Source: Nitrososphaerota archaeon (GTDB lineage Archaea > Thermoproteota > Nitrososphaeria_A > Caldarchaeales > Calditenuaceae). Taken from it: a DNA stretch of 64,000 bases. The stretch spans positions 32,001-96,000 of the forward strand of contig JAWBQR010000006.1 of NCBI GenBank assembly GCA_038845265.1. Direction: 5' to 3'. The stretch's first letter is position 1; every line of letters begins with the position of its first letter. A program made the position numbers and the translations under genes. This document shows positions 48,011-58,714 of this stretch, one piece after another. Below the pieces are notes generated by a model, which was given only the letters and a program-made list of their open reading frames with translations, did not search any database and was not told the origin of the DNA.

Positions 48011-50323
48011 TTAAACTATTTCCAATAATTTAAGAATGAATGCCTGACCAGCTGATATGCATCCGTCATTCGGGGGGAGTCTTTTACTCATTTTGAGGAT
48101 TAAACCGGAGTTTTTTAAGGACGATTCAATTCCTTGAATAATGTACTCATTTACGGCTGCACCACCACTAACATAAACAACATTACTTCCATAATTAAGT
48201 GCTTCTTCTAGTGCTGCATTGCCAAGTAGTTTCCCAATAATTAATTGTGCAGTGTACGCAATATCTTGACTTTTCGTATTATCTATCAGATCGACTAATT
48301 GACGAATTATCTCCGTCGAAGGAATGATTCCATCCTTGTAGTTAATTAGGTCTGAAGTTAATAGTTTAATTTCTCGCCCATTACTAGCATGTTCTTCAAG
48401 CAAAATTGCTGGTTCACCCTCATATGTACGCTCTTTACATAATTGCAAAAGGACAGAAACGCTATCAAGTACTCGGCCGGTGCTAGACGTTAATTGTCCC
48501 CTTCCAGATTTAGCCAAAGATATACATTGTTGGAACTCTTCGAAGCCGTGGGGAAAATAATGAATTAATCCTCTTCTCTCGAATAATCTTACGATTTCTT
48601 CTTCACTCAATATTTTGCTTAGAATTGATACAAGCATTCTAGCCGGATATTTAGTAGCTAGGTCTCCTCCAGGCATAATTTGATACTCGAGATGAGCTTT
48701 TCTTTCAATTTTTTCAGAATCCCATGTAAGTATCTCGCCTCCCCAGATTGCTCCATCCTCGCCATATCCTGCACCATCAATCGTTATTGCTACAGCTGGT
48801 TCATCAATGTCGTGTAGATTATCAAGCATGGCTGATGCCATATGCGCTTTATGATGCTGAACTTTGATTAGCTCCGATCCATATTTATTACTCCAATTTT
48901 CAGCAAGAAGAGAAGAACTATAAAGAGGATGTAAATCAGAAACTATGATTGCGTCTTTTGGATTGATTTTGTAATAATTACATAACCTATAGAGATATTT
49001 CTCAAGGTCCTTATAACACTCGTATTCATCAACATCGCCGATATATTGTGTAGGAATTATTTTGTTGTCTATCGCTATCGCGCCCGTGCTCTGTAGATCT
49101 GAGCCGAATGCGATGACAGGTCTACTGAATCTTAGATTAGTTTCTATCCATCTAGGCGCATACCCTCTCCCTCTTCTTAAGAATACTGCCTCGCCCCTAG
49201 TAAACCTAATGACTGAGTCATCAACTCTGTTTATTATACGTCTATTATGTACTAGGAAATAGTCTGCCACACTTGTCAACTTCTTTAAATCCTCTTCACC
49301 AATTATCATGGGATGACCAGTAGGGTTTCCGCTTGTCATTATTGCAAATTTATCCTTAATATTCATCAATAAGAGATAATGAAGCCCCGTATATGGTATG
49401 AAAACTCCCAAGGTGTTTAGTCCTGGTGCTACTAAAGGAGAAACATTAGCATCAGCAGTCCTAGGCAGAATTAATATCGGTCTCTCATAACTCAGCAGTA
49501 ATTTCTCAGCCTTATCATTTACCAAAACAAGTTTTTTTAAAATCTCAAGATTTAATGCCATTATAGCGAAAGGCTGTCTTGGACGATGCTTTCGGAGGCG
49601 TAGCTTTAAGACAACCTCGTCATCAGATGCTAGGCATGCTAAATGGTAGCCTCCAATGCCTTTGACAGCCACGATGCATCCTTCATTTATCAGTTTGGCG
49701 GTTTCAAGAATAGGGTCTCTGACATTTAGCAATTTTAAATCGTTGTCAAGTAGATTTAGTCTCGGCCCACAATATGAACAGCTGATTCCCTCTCCGTGGA
49801 ATCGTCTTATATCTGATACATTATTATATTCTTCAATGCAGCTGGGACATAGCGGGAATTCTTTCCAACTAGTGTTATCTCTATCGTAGGGTATACTTTC
49901 AATGATAGAATACCTTGGACCGCACCATGCACATGAATTAAACGCATATGCATATCTCCTATTTTCTTTGTCGAGGATCTCTTTTAGACACCACTCACAG
50001 ATACTTATGTCTGGAGGAACTTCAGAAATGAGGAGGGAGTCTGAAGAACTTTTATGAATAGTAAATTCATTGAAGTTGTTTGGTTTCGCGTCATTAATTA
50101 TTATTTTTTCTATCTTTGCTGTCGGAGTTATACCTTTTTCTATGGATTTGATGAAAAGTTCAACTTTTCTGTCTTCACCCTCTACCCAGATCTCGACTTC
50201 TCCTCCACCCAGGTTTTTTACATATCCATTTACTCCTACACTTAATGCGAGACGAGTGATGGCGGGTCTGAATCCTACACCCTGAACAACGCCAGTGACA
50301 GTTATTCTAACAGCCCTTAGCAT
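48011..50323 (-). CDS. hypF: [NiFe]-hydrogenase maturation carbamoyltransferase HypF
   Basis: GVVQGVGFRP acylphosphatase domain, zinc fingers, AVKGIGGYHL, QHHKAH, DGAGYGEDG.IWGGE, PPNDG. Confidence 0.96.
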   Translation of the reverse strand: MLRAVRITVTGVVQGVGFRPAITRLALSVGVNGYVKNLGGGEVEIWVEGEDRKVELFIKSIEKGITPTAKIEKIIINDAKPNNFNEFTIHKSSSDSLLISEVPPDISICEWCLKEILDKENRRYAYAFNSCAWCGPRYSIIESIPYDRDNTSWKEFPLCPSCIEEYNNVSDIRRFHGEGISCSYCGPRLNLLDNDLKLLNVRDPILETAKLINEGCIVAVKGIGGYHLACLASDDEVVLKLRLRKHRPRQPFAIMALNLEILKKLVLVNDKAEKLLLSYERPILILPRTADANVSPLVAPGLNTLGVFIPYTGLHYLLLMNIKDKFAIMTSGNPTGHPMIIGEEDLKKLTSVADYFLVHNRRIINRVDDSVIRFTRGEAVFLRRGRGYAPRWIETNLRFSRPVIAFGSDLQSTGAIAIDNKIIPTQYIGDVDEYECYKDLEKYLYRLCNYYKINPKDAIIVSDLHPLYSSSLLAENWSNKYGSELIKVQHHKAHMASAMLDNLHDIDEPAVAITIDGAGYGEDGAIWGGEILTWDSEKIERKAHLEYQIMPGGDLATKYPARMLVSILSKILSEEEIVRLFERRGLIHYFPHGFEEFQQCISLAKSGRGQLTSSTGRVLDSVSVLLQLCKERTYEGEPAILLEEHASNGREIKLLTSDLINYKDGIIPSTEIIRQLVDLIDNTKSQDIAYTAQLIIGKLLGNAALEEALNYGSNVVYVSGGAAVNEYIIQGIESSLKNSGLILKMSKRLPPNDGCISAGQAFILKLLEIV

Positions 50324-51372
50324 ATCCTTGGAACCGGATCACCAATAGGCGGAGGAATGATTCTTTTACCACCAATAGTTGTCTCTAAAATTACACCTTT
50401 AAATGAATCGGTAACGTATCCGATTATACTTGCTTGGCTCCAACCTGAATTCTTAATTGATTCAAGAATTTCTTCGGCCTTATCGTTTATGACACTCATT
50501 ACAACCTTTCCTTCGTTTCCAACCTCAAGTATGTCGATGCCTAACAATTCAGACGCTGCCTTAGCTGCTGAACTTATTGGTAATGCGTCTTCTCTAATGA
50601 CGAATCCGAGCCCTGTATTTTCTGCCCACTCATTTAACAATCCAGCAAGTCCTCCCCTTGTCGGGTCTTTTGCGCAAGTAACGCCGCCGACCTTCAATGC
50701 CTCTCTCATCAATTTATTTAGAGGGGCTACGTCTGATTTTACGTCTGATTTAAAGCCCAATTCTCCACGCGCAGCAAGAATTGCTACTGCATGGTCGCCG
50801 AGGGGGCCATTCAAAATTATCTTATCTCCAGCCCTAATGTTTTTAGTTATAAGCCACATCGAGGAATGGTCATCCCTACTTCTCTTAATTATTTCGTAGT
50901 TTTGCATTAATTCTTGGCCGGGTACCCCTATGCCGGAACAGTTAATCAAGAGTTTATCGACTCGGCCCTTCTCAACTACTTTTGTATCACCAGTAATTAT
51001 TGAGGTTTCTGCCTCAAGAGCTGCCTCCCTCATGCTGTTTAAGATCTTTTCAATATTGGAAATCTCAAACCCCTCTTCGATTATTAAGCCGCAAGATACT
51101 CCAAGAATTTTTGTTGCTCCTTTAACTGCTAAGTCATTAATTGTTCCGCACACAGCCATCCTACCGATATCGCCTCCTGGAAAGAATAGTGGATATACAG
51201 TGTACGAATCAGTTGTAAATGCTATACCGTTAACAATTGCTGAATCTTCAAGGAGATAGAGAGGTACATCAATATTCCTGGATAAATCACCAAAATATTT
51301 TAAAACATACTTATGAATAAATTGCAGCATATATTTTCCGCCCGCGCCGTGAAGCATTGTAACATTATTCAT
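50317..51372 (-). CDS. hypE: Hydrogenase maturation carbamoyl dehydratase HypE
   Basis: HGAGG, TTDSY…FFPGGDIG, GDTKVV, DPTRGG, C-terminal PRIC. Confidence 0.96.
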   Translation of the reverse strand: MNNVTMLHGAGGKYMLQFIHKYVLKYFGDLSRNIDVPLYLLEDSAIVNGIAFTTDSYTVYPLFFPGGDIGRMAVCGTINDLAVKGATKILGVSCGLIIEEGFEISNIEKILNSMREAALEAETSIITGDTKVVEKGRVDKLLINCSGIGVPGQELMQNYEIIKRSRDDHSSMWLITKNIRAGDKIILNGPLGDHAVAILAARGELGFKSDVKSDVAPLNKLMREALKVGGVTCAKDPTRGGLAGLLNEWAENTGLGFVIREDALPISSAAKAASELLGIDILEVGNEGKVVMSVINDKAEEILESIKNSGWSQASIIGYVTDSFKGVILETTIGGKRIIPPPIGDPVPRIC

Positions 51373-51378
51373 TGTTGA

Positions 51379-52191
51379 TCACTTATTCTTGGGTTTAGAA
51401 ATAAACTGTTCAAGCGCCTTAGCAAAACCTTCTGGAAGCTCGATGGACTCCGTTAAAGAGGTATCGGTACATACTCCGACAGTGTAAATATCAGCTGCTA
51501 GCTTATTAGAAGTTTTATTCCAGACAAAATTGCGGAACTTCACATGTTTTCTACCTATTTCTTCAACCCAGACAATTACTTCGATCTCATTGTCCAACCG
51601 GACTGGAGAGAGTATTTTTCCCCCCGTCTCGACTGTCGGTATGAAACGGCCGAATTTATGTATCAGTGTTGAGTATCCAAACCCAACGCTTGCTAATAGC
51701 TCTTGTTGACACCGCTCACAGAACTTGAAATAATTAGTATAATGCATAACCTGTAAATAATCCGTGTCTGAAAGAGATATTTTATATGTCCTTTTGAAAG
51801 CATTGCTAGGAATTTCTAACTTATCTTTTGTATCAACTTCATCATCTTCGTTTATATCTTTACCTACCCCCTCAATGTTTTGGGCATCGAGGCCAAGACT
51901 TGATAATAATTTTTTAAAATCCGCCATAGCTTTAGAACTCGCTTCCTCAGGGCTAAGCCCCATTTCTCTATAGTTTATTTCTGCTAACTCGGAATACAGC
52001 GCCAAATTTGTCGCTACATCTTTAGGGTCCATTTTTCCAATTATAACTCCTGCGTGAACCATTACAAAATCATTTATATTTACATCGTCTATCGCCAATA
52101 GAGCTTCCCTGACTACGCCTCCAAAATCTATCTTGGCTATTTTATTTTCATTATCAATTTCTAAAACTTTACCAGGTGCTCCCCAACACAT
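51379..52191 (-). CDS. hypC: HypC chaperone fused to a YbgC/4HBT-like hotdog thioesterase domain
   Basis: N-terminal MCWGAPGKV…DFGGVVRE…VMVHAG (HypC); C-terminal YKISLSDTDYLQVMHYTNYFKFCE…SPVRLDNEI (4HBT family); one continuous 270-aa frame. Confidence 0.88.
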   Translation of the reverse strand: MCWGAPGKVLEIDNENKIAKIDFGGVVREALLAIDDVNINDFVMVHAGVIIGKMDPKDVATNLALYSELAEINYREMGLSPEEASSKAMADFKKLLSSLGLDAQNIEGVGKDINEDDEVDTKDKLEIPSNAFKRTYKISLSDTDYLQVMHYTNYFKFCERCQQELLASVGFGYSTLIHKFGRFIPTVETGGKILSPVRLDNEIEVIVWVEEIGRKHVKFRNFVWNKTSNKLAADIYTVGVCTDTSLTESIELPEGFAKALEQFISKPKNK

Positions 52192-52194
52192 ATC

Positions 52195-53421
52195 TTATTC
52201 CCCTTTATTGATTAGTGAATTTTTAATGTCTCCATGTTTTGCCCATACATTACATGTCCCCTCAATCGATACCATGCATGGTCCCCACGGTGTCTCGGGC
52301 GTGCATGATTTCATAAATAGTGGACAATCTGTTGGTTTGGATATTCCGAGCACTACTTCCCCGCATCTACAGTTAGGAGGCAAATCGTACTTCCCGGGCT
52401 CTCCGAAATGCGCATGAGTCATAACATACTCAGAAGGTGAAGCGTCAGGTATACCAAAATACTCAAAGGCATCATAGATCTTCCTGAAATCTTCTCGAAA
52501 CATTAATCCACTTCTCGCTATCATGCCAATCCCCCTCCAGGCGGCGTATGTGGGCTGAAAAACCTCATTCACCATTTTTTTTACATAAGAGTTACCATTA
52601 GGTTTAACTAACCTTTTGTACTCGATTTCTAGTCTTGGTTTTTGGTTATCAATCATTTTAAGAATTGTTGCGATCGCCATTAGTATATCTATTGGCTCAA
52701 ATCCCGTAACAACGGTTGGGAGACCGAAGTTTTCAGGAAGAAATCGCCACTCATAACCGCCAATGACGGCCGAGACATGTCCAGGCGCTATGACCCCCAT
52801 TATAGGGAGTAATCCTCTTTCCTTGTACAGCTTTACAGTAAACTTCATCGCTGGCGGAGTGAGACGTACAAGACTCATGAACTTAAGGTTGGTTGGTACC
52901 TCTCCCTTATAAAAGAAGAAGCCGTAAATAGGTAAAATTGTCTCAAAGCCTATTCCGAGAAATATGCTTTCCTTTTTATGTGTTTTTGCGTCTTTTATGG
53001 CGTCAAAAAATGAATAGACAACTTTGACTTCAGCGCCCAGGGACTTTGCTTCATAAAGAGATCTTGCTGGTGTTTTAGGCCTACTTGAAGGAAGCCTAAG
53101 TGCATCGCCATATGTATAAATAGTATATCCTTCAAGTGCAAGCTTAATAGACATATCTATGTAGTTTGACGGCACTACGCATACTGGGCAGCCTGGACCG
53201 GCTACAAGCTCTATGCTTCGTGGCAATAAGCTCCTCAATCCATAATGCGTTATAGCCCATTCATGCGTACCGCAGAAATGCATTATCTTAATTAATGAAT
53301 TATTTTCGAATTGTTTTTTCATGATTTTCTCTGCATATTTTTTGATTATTCCAATTAATGATGAAGCAAGTTCACGGTTGCTTCGAAATATATCCTGAAC
53401 AGTTCTCAGCTCTGGTTGCAA
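52195..53421 (-). CDS. hypD: Hydrogenase maturation protein HypD
   Basis: CGTHE, GPGCPVCV, GFET, PGHVS, CRCGEV…CPLF…GPCMVSIEGTC. Confidence 0.96.
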   Translation of the reverse strand: MQPELRTVQDIFRSNRELASSLIGIIKKYAEKIMKKQFENNSLIKIMHFCGTHEWAITHYGLRSLLPRSIELVAGPGCPVCVVPSNYIDMSIKLALEGYTIYTYGDALRLPSSRPKTPARSLYEAKSLGAEVKVVYSFFDAIKDAKTHKKESIFLGIGFETILPIYGFFFYKGEVPTNLKFMSLVRLTPPAMKFTVKLYKERGLLPIMGVIAPGHVSAVIGGYEWRFLPENFGLPTVVTGFEPIDILMAIATILKMIDNQKPRLEIEYKRLVKPNGNSYVKKMVNEVFQPTYAAWRGIGMIARSGLMFREDFRKIYDAFEYFGIPDASPSEYVMTHAHFGEPGKYDLPPNCRCGEVVLGISKPTDCPLFMKSCTPETPWGPCMVSIEGTCNVWAKHGDIKNSLINKGE

Positions 53422-53897
53422 TTAATATGGTCACCTCTTCTAGTAATTTTCATAATGATGTCAAAAACATTCTTTGTAATTGAATCCAATTTTTCGGAAA
53501 TTTCTAGTGAAATATTATCTCCAATTGTATATGGATCTTTTGTTTCAATTGCAATTATATGTATAAAGTTAGGACGAAGTAATTCTAGTGCATGGATAGC
53601 CATCAAGGCTTCAGGAAGTCCTGCATAATGAGGTGAAAACACAGACATGGATTTCATTAAATCCCCATCCAGTTCGTATACGTGTCCTACTGGATGTTTG
53701 TTGCTTCTTATACCATCAACTATTATGACCATGTCGTAGCCGTGAATGTAATCTAGTAATGAGAGTCCTGTTTTTTCTAAGATATGCGTATCAATACCCA
53801 TTTTTTCTAGTTCTCCCATCAGACGTTTCCCTACTTCTATTCCTACGGCATCATCCCTGTAAATAGGATTACCGAGGAATAGAACGACTACTTTCAC
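53406..53897 (-). CDS. Hydrogenase maturation endopeptidase
   Basis: LGNPIYRDDAVG, IIVDG, SPH. Confidence 0.9.
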   Translation of the reverse strand: MKVVVLFLGNPIYRDDAVGIEVGKRLMGELEKMGIDTHILEKTGLSLLDYIHGYDMVIIVDGIRSNKHPVGHVYELDGDLMKSMSVFSPHYAGLPEALMAIHALELLRPNFIHIIAIETKDPYTIGDNISLEISEKLDSITKNVFDIIMKITRRGDHINCNQS

Positions 53898-53903
53898 AGC
53901 CGA

Positions 53904-55364
53904 TTATAAATTATGCCGAACTACATTAAGTAGTTTGCCATTCATGTCATAAATGTATACAGCTAGTGGCATATTCCCCGGCAGTGAATGAGTTCCACAC
54001 GCATGGCATGGGTCATAGGCCCTAAACGCCATCTCTATCATGTTTAATATACCTTCATTTATCTGGCCTTGTCTGATCAATTGTTTTGCTGCCTTATCAA
54101 TTGATAAGGCAATTCTTGCAGCATTGTTTTGTGTAGCGACTATGAGATTAGCCTGTTTAACTACTCCACGTTCATCAGTTATGTAGTGATGTATTAATGT
54201 GCCTCGAGGCGCCTCAACGACTCCCATACCTTCACTTGGTTGATCTTTAGGAATATTTCTTATATTTTGATCAGTTATATCAGGATCATTTGCTAATTCC
54301 TGAATTCTTTCTGCTGCATAAATCATCTCTATCACCCTTGCCCAGTGGTTTGCGAGAGTGTGATGAACAGGTCTACCAATCATCGAAATCATTTCCTCAA
54401 ATGCTGATTGTGCCTCATGTGTAGGTAATGATTGAGAAACATTAAGTCTCGCAAGGGGTGCTACACTATATATCCCGCTATCTTCTCCATCAATGAATCC
54501 TTTCCAACCTATTTTCTTTAGGAAAGTGAATTTAATATATGTCCATGGCTCAACATGTTCTCCAACATATTCTAAGTACTGATGTACATCAAATTTAGCA
54601 AATTCATTACCCTTTGGGTCGACTACTCTTATTTTTCCATCATAGAAGTTGAGCTGGTTCTTCTCATCAACTAAACCCATATAATAGGTTCTATGTGTAT
54701 ATGCATCGCTAGTTATAAGATTGAAGTATTGGTCATTACTTAATACTAGAGTTTTAAACAGCTTCATGGTAAATTTTGCAAATTCTACAGACTCTTCTGC
54801 TACTTGTTTTATTTTTTCTAACTCATTATTTTTTATTGGTCTTGAGACTCCGCCAGGCACTCCTGATACTGGATGGATTGTTTTACCACCCAGCATTAGA
54901 TTTATTTCTCTAAGTTTTTTACGAATTGATATAACTCTTAGCACATTTTCTTTACCAACCTTGTTAATTACTCCCAGTATGTTTCTTTCTTCTTTAGGTG
55001 AAGTCGGTCCAACTATGAAATCTGGTCCTCCTAATATATAGACGTGGAGAGCGTGGTCTTCAAGCATGAATATGTTATACATAAGTTCTCTAATCTTTCT
55101 GGCAGTCAGTGTTGGAGGGCAATTATAGAGGTCATCAAGCGTTTTCGTAGAAGCCATGTGATGCGCCATAGGGCAGACACCGCATATCCTAGCAGTGATT
55201 TGCGGCATGTCCTCGACTGCCCTTCCCTCGGCAAATTTTTCAAATCCCCTGAGTTCTGGTATTTGGATGTATGCTCGGTCCACGTTTCCAACATCATTTA
55301 TAAATATGATTATCTTCCCATGTCCTTCAAGCCTAGTTATTGGGTCAATTACTATTTCTCTCAC
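53904..55364 (-). CDS. mvhA: Group 3c [NiFe]-hydrogenase large subunit (MvhA-like)
   Basis: ITRLEGHG, L1 RICGVC, EAPRGTLIHHY, L2 RAYDPCHACGTH followed by a cleavable C-terminal extension. Confidence 0.93.
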   Translation of the reverse strand: MREIVIDPITRLEGHGKIIIFINDVGNVDRAYIQIPELRGFEKFAEGRAVEDMPQITARICGVCPMAHHMASTKTLDDLYNCPPTLTARKIRELMYNIFMLEDHALHVYILGGPDFIVGPTSPKEERNILGVINKVGKENVLRVISIRKKLREINLMLGGKTIHPVSGVPGGVSRPIKNNELEKIKQVAEESVEFAKFTMKLFKTLVLSNDQYFNLITSDAYTHRTYYMGLVDEKNQLNFYDGKIRVVDPKGNEFAKFDVHQYLEYVGEHVEPWTYIKFTFLKKIGWKGFIDGEDSGIYSVAPLARLNVSQSLPTHEAQSAFEEMISMIGRPVHHTLANHWARVIEMIYAAERIQELANDPDITDQNIRNIPKDQPSEGMGVVEAPRGTLIHHYITDERGVVKQANLIVATQNNAARIALSIDKAAKQLIRQGQINEGILNMIEMAFRAYDPCHACGTHSLPGNMPLAVYIYDMNGKLLNVVRHNL

Positions 55365-56347
55365 TTTCTCACACTCCTGAGAATATTTCTTAAGCCTGAT
55401 TTTGGAAGCGAGTATTTGTAAATTAAACCTAAAATGTCCGGGAGCTTTGAGATTTCTTTTCTTATTTGTTCTTCATCTTCGAGATCTAGTATACTGCCAA
55501 GGAAGGATATCGCCTTTCCTCCATAATCATGAATATTGTCAAGTGGTCCGAAGCAGCCTGTGCAGGGCATGTTAGCTTTAATGCAGAGCGCACTGCATCC
55601 TCCTCTCGTCACAGGACCTAAGCAGGGCAATCCTTGAACTAGGAGACACTGATTTGGGTCAGGCACGAAGTGGACTACTCGTTTAAATTCTTTAATTAAT
55701 ACATTCTCTGGCTTTGTATCATTAAGCGGACATTCATTGCATAACGATTTGTTGCTGGCTCCTATCACTGAGCCCTTGCTGGGAAGCTTTCCTGATAATA
55801 ATATATTGATCGCTTCCCAAGTAACTTCAGGTGTTGGTGGACATCCAGGCACGTAATAATCTACGGTAATAACCTCGTCAAGAGGCTTGAGGCTAGGTAA
55901 AAATTCTGGTAAATCAATTTTAGCACCATTGATTTCTACAGGGCGAGTCTGGGAAGGTATTATTTTCTCAGGATTAACAGTAGTGGGCGTAGTTATATAG
56001 GCCCTTTCAAGTATCTCCTCTCGTCTATAATTGTTTGCTAGTCCAGGAATTCCTCCCCAACATGCACATGCTCCATATGCCACGACGAACATAGATTTTC
56101 TCCTCAGCAATTTTACTATCTTCTCATGTTCGGATAAACGAACACCGCCATTAATGAAGCTCACAGTTATTGAATCATCTGGCATAGCCTCTATGTCCGG
56201 GATCTTGAAGTCCATGGCGACAGGCCAAAACACGATATCGACAAGATTAACCACATCTAAAATTTTCTCACCTAAGTCTACTACTGCTTCTTCGCATCCA
56301 CCACAGCTTGCGCACCAATAAAATGCAACTTTTGGACGTATACTCAT
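55361..56347 (-). CDS. mvhG: [NiFe]-hydrogenase small subunit (MvhG-like)
   Basis: CASCGGC, GACA..GG, PGCPP, CNEC…CL…CLGP.TRGGC…C…PCTGC.GP. Confidence 0.93.
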   Translation of the reverse strand: MSIRPKVAFYWCASCGGCEEAVVDLGEKILDVVNLVDIVFWPVAMDFKIPDIEAMPDDSITVSFINGGVRLSEHEKIVKLLRRKSMFVVAYGACACWGGIPGLANNYRREEILERAYITTPTTVNPEKIIPSQTRPVEINGAKIDLPEFLPSLKPLDEVITVDYYVPGCPPTPEVTWEAINILLSGKLPSKGSVIGASNKSLCNECPLNDTKPENVLIKEFKRVVHFVPDPNQCLLVQGLPCLGPVTRGGCSALCIKANMPCTGCFGPLDNIHDYGGKAISFLGSILDLEDEEQIRKEISKLPDILGLIYKYSLPKSGLRNILRSVRK

Positions 56348-56772
56348 ACGGCTTCGACCTCTAATTTGACTGGGCCTAATCTTTTCAGATCTCTAACCAT
56401 TTCATTTACTACTTGTACCCACTTATTTGCTTCCGATGCTGATATCCATTCAAGTCTGAATCGCTCCTTTTCGATTCCTAATTCCTCTAACAATCTTCGG
56501 AATAAGCTATAACGTCTAAGTGCCTTTATGTTTCCACTAATGTAGTGACAATCAGAAGGTGGATGGCAACCGGCTACGATTACACCATCAGCACCCTGCT
56601 CAAATGCCGCGAGGACGAATTGTGGATCAATACGTCCAGAACACATGACTCTGATAACTCTCACATTTGGCGGATACTGCATCCTACTAGTTCCGGCTAG
56701 GTCAACAGCAGCATAGGTACACCAATTACAGGCGAATACAACAATTTTAGGCTCGTAGTCATTAGAGCTCAT
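56344..56772 (-). CDS. mvhD: [2Fe-2S] adaptor subunit MvhD
   Basis: [24 protein letters not shown]…GCHPP.DCHY, WISASE. Confidence 0.95.
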   Translation of the reverse strand: MSSNDYEPKIVVFACNWCTYAAVDLAGTSRMQYPPNVRVIRVMCSGRIDPQFVLAAFEQGADGVIVAGCHPPSDCHYISGNIKALRRYSLFRRLLEELGIEKERFRLEWISASEANKWVQVVNEMVRDLKRLGPVKLEVEAV

Positions 56773-56773
56773 T

Positions 56774-58714
56774 TTAGTCACCTTTTATTAATGCCAAAAC
56801 TTGAGCTAGTACCTGTCTGTCCTTAAAGCTATACTGCTGCATCGCTCCTGATGGACATGCTGCAGAACAAGTACCGCAACCCATGCATAATGCTCTCTCG
56901 ACGTAGGCAATCATTCTTCCATTAATTTCTTTGAGTGAAATAGCCTTATATGGACATAAGCCCACGCAGATCCTACAACCACTACACAATTCATCATTTA
57001 CGGTGGCTACAAATGGTTCAGTCTTGACTTTTCCTTTTGATAAGAGAGCAGCCGCCTTAGAAGCAGCGGCACTTCCAGTTCTAATACTCTCAATAATGTT
57101 TTTTGGCCCAGTAACTGACCCTGCTAGAAAGATGCCTTGGGTAGGAGCTTCTACTGGATTAAGCTTGAGATGCGCTTCTCTGAGAAATCCATCTGTGCCA
57201 CAACTAGCTCTGGTAACTGCAAGTAGGTCTATAAGATCCCTTCTCGGAATCATACCTACCGATAAAACGATTAAATCTACCGGTATGCTTATTTCTTCCT
57301 GAATAGTGACTTCATATACGTCAATTAAAATTCCTTCAGGGCCAATGTCCACTACTGGGGGTTCCTCAAATTTGATGAACTTAATGAGATGCTCTCCGGC
57401 CCTCTCATAAAGACTTTCATCATTTCCATAAGTATTGATGTCTTGGTAAAGAATAAACACATCTGTTTCAGGATACTTTTCTTTTATTTTGATCGCATTT
57501 ATCAATGTAGATGTGCAGCACATCCTTGAACAATAACTCTTAGAATTGGGCGTTGTATTACGCGAGCCTACGCATAATATAAAAGCGATTCTTTTAGGTA
57601 TCGTTCCTCCTATTATTAATTTTCCCTGAGTTGGGCCGTCTTTATCTAAAAGTCTCTCTAGCTGGAATAGCGTAATTACATTATTATGAAGACCATATGC
57701 ATATTCGCCCTTTGGTGGAATGTATGGATCATATCCAGTAGCTATGATGAGTGCTCCAACATTTAAATCCAACAATTTAGGTTGCTCAGATAAATCGATT
57801 GCATTAAACCTACATGCTTTTACGCACTCGCCACACTTGATGCAGACTCTTTGATCTATAACATACATGAGTGGATAGGCTGTCTTAAATGGATAATAGA
57901 TGGCTTTTCTTCTTGATAATCCATATTGATACTCATCTGACAATTCGATTGGGCACTCAACTTCACATTCTCCGCACAAAATGCATTTTTCATTTATATA
58001 CCGCGGATTTATTCTGATTTTTGCTTTAAAGTTGCCTGGAAAACCACCAAACTCGATTAGTTCAGAATTTGTGAATACGTGGATCTTTCTATTCTCTGCA
58101 ATTTTGTTAATTAAATTATTTACTACATCGGCACCTCTTCTATCACTTTCAAGCCATCCGGTTAGGGCGGCTCTCCCCCCAAGCGTGGGGCTTTTCTCAA
58201 CTAAATAAACTTCAAATCCATATTCCGCAAGGTCAATTGCAGCCCTCATTCCAGCGACGCCACCGCCAAGCACCAAAACGGCGGGATATGTCTGAAACTC
58301 TGTCTCTTCCAATGGTTCTAGGAGAGCGGCCTTGGCAACAGCCATCCTAATTAAGTCCATAGCCTTCTTAGTGGCTGCTTCTCTATCAGAATGAGCCCAT
58401 GAGCAATGCTCCCTGATATTTGCCATTTCTAATAAGTACTTATTCAGTCCTGCACTTTCTATGGCGGACCGGAATGTAGGTTCATGCATTGAGGGTGAGC
58501 AAGCAGCAACTACAACTCTATTCAAATTATGCTTCTTTATCTCTTCCTTTATCAATTCTTGGCCTACAGTTGAGCACATAAACACATAGTCGTGACTCAC
58601 TATAACATTCGGAAGTTTCTTTGCATATTCACTGACTGTTTTAACATCTACTTTTGAGGCTATGTTATGTCCACAATGACAGATAAATACTCCAACCCTA
58701 GGCTCAATACTCAT
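56774..58714 (-). CDS. hdrA: HdrA-family FAD/Fe-S subunit, full length (QmoB-like position before mvhD)
   Basis: [32 protein letters not shown], inserted and C-terminal 2x[4Fe-4S], CVGSR, CSRMCC. Confidence 0.9.
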   Translation of the reverse strand: MSIEPRVGVFICHCGHNIASKVDVKTVSEYAKKLPNVIVSHDYVFMCSTVGQELIKEEIKKHNLNRVVVAACSPSMHEPTFRSAIESAGLNKYLLEMANIREHCSWAHSDREAATKKAMDLIRMAVAKAALLEPLEETEFQTYPAVLVLGGGVAGMRAAIDLAEYGFEVYLVEKSPTLGGRAALTGWLESDRRGADVVNNLINKIAENRKIHVFTNSELIEFGGFPGNFKAKIRINPRYINEKCILCGECEVECPIELSDEYQYGLSRRKAIYYPFKTAYPLMYVIDQRVCIKCGECVKACRFNAIDLSEQPKLLDLNVGALIIATGYDPYIPPKGEYAYGLHNNVITLFQLERLLDKDGPTQGKLIIGGTIPKRIAFILCVGSRNTTPNSKSYCSRMCCTSTLINAIKIKEKYPETDVFILYQDINTYGNDESLYERAGEHLIKFIKFEEPPVVDIGPEGILIDVYEVTIQEEISIPVDLIVLSVGMIPRRDLIDLLAVTRASCGTDGFLREAHLKLNPVEAPTQGIFLAGSVTGPKNIIESIRTGSAAASKAAALLSKGKVKTEPFVATVNDELCSGCRICVGLCPYKAISLKEINGRMIAYVERALCMGCGTCSAACPSGAMQQYSFKDRQVLAQVLALIKGD

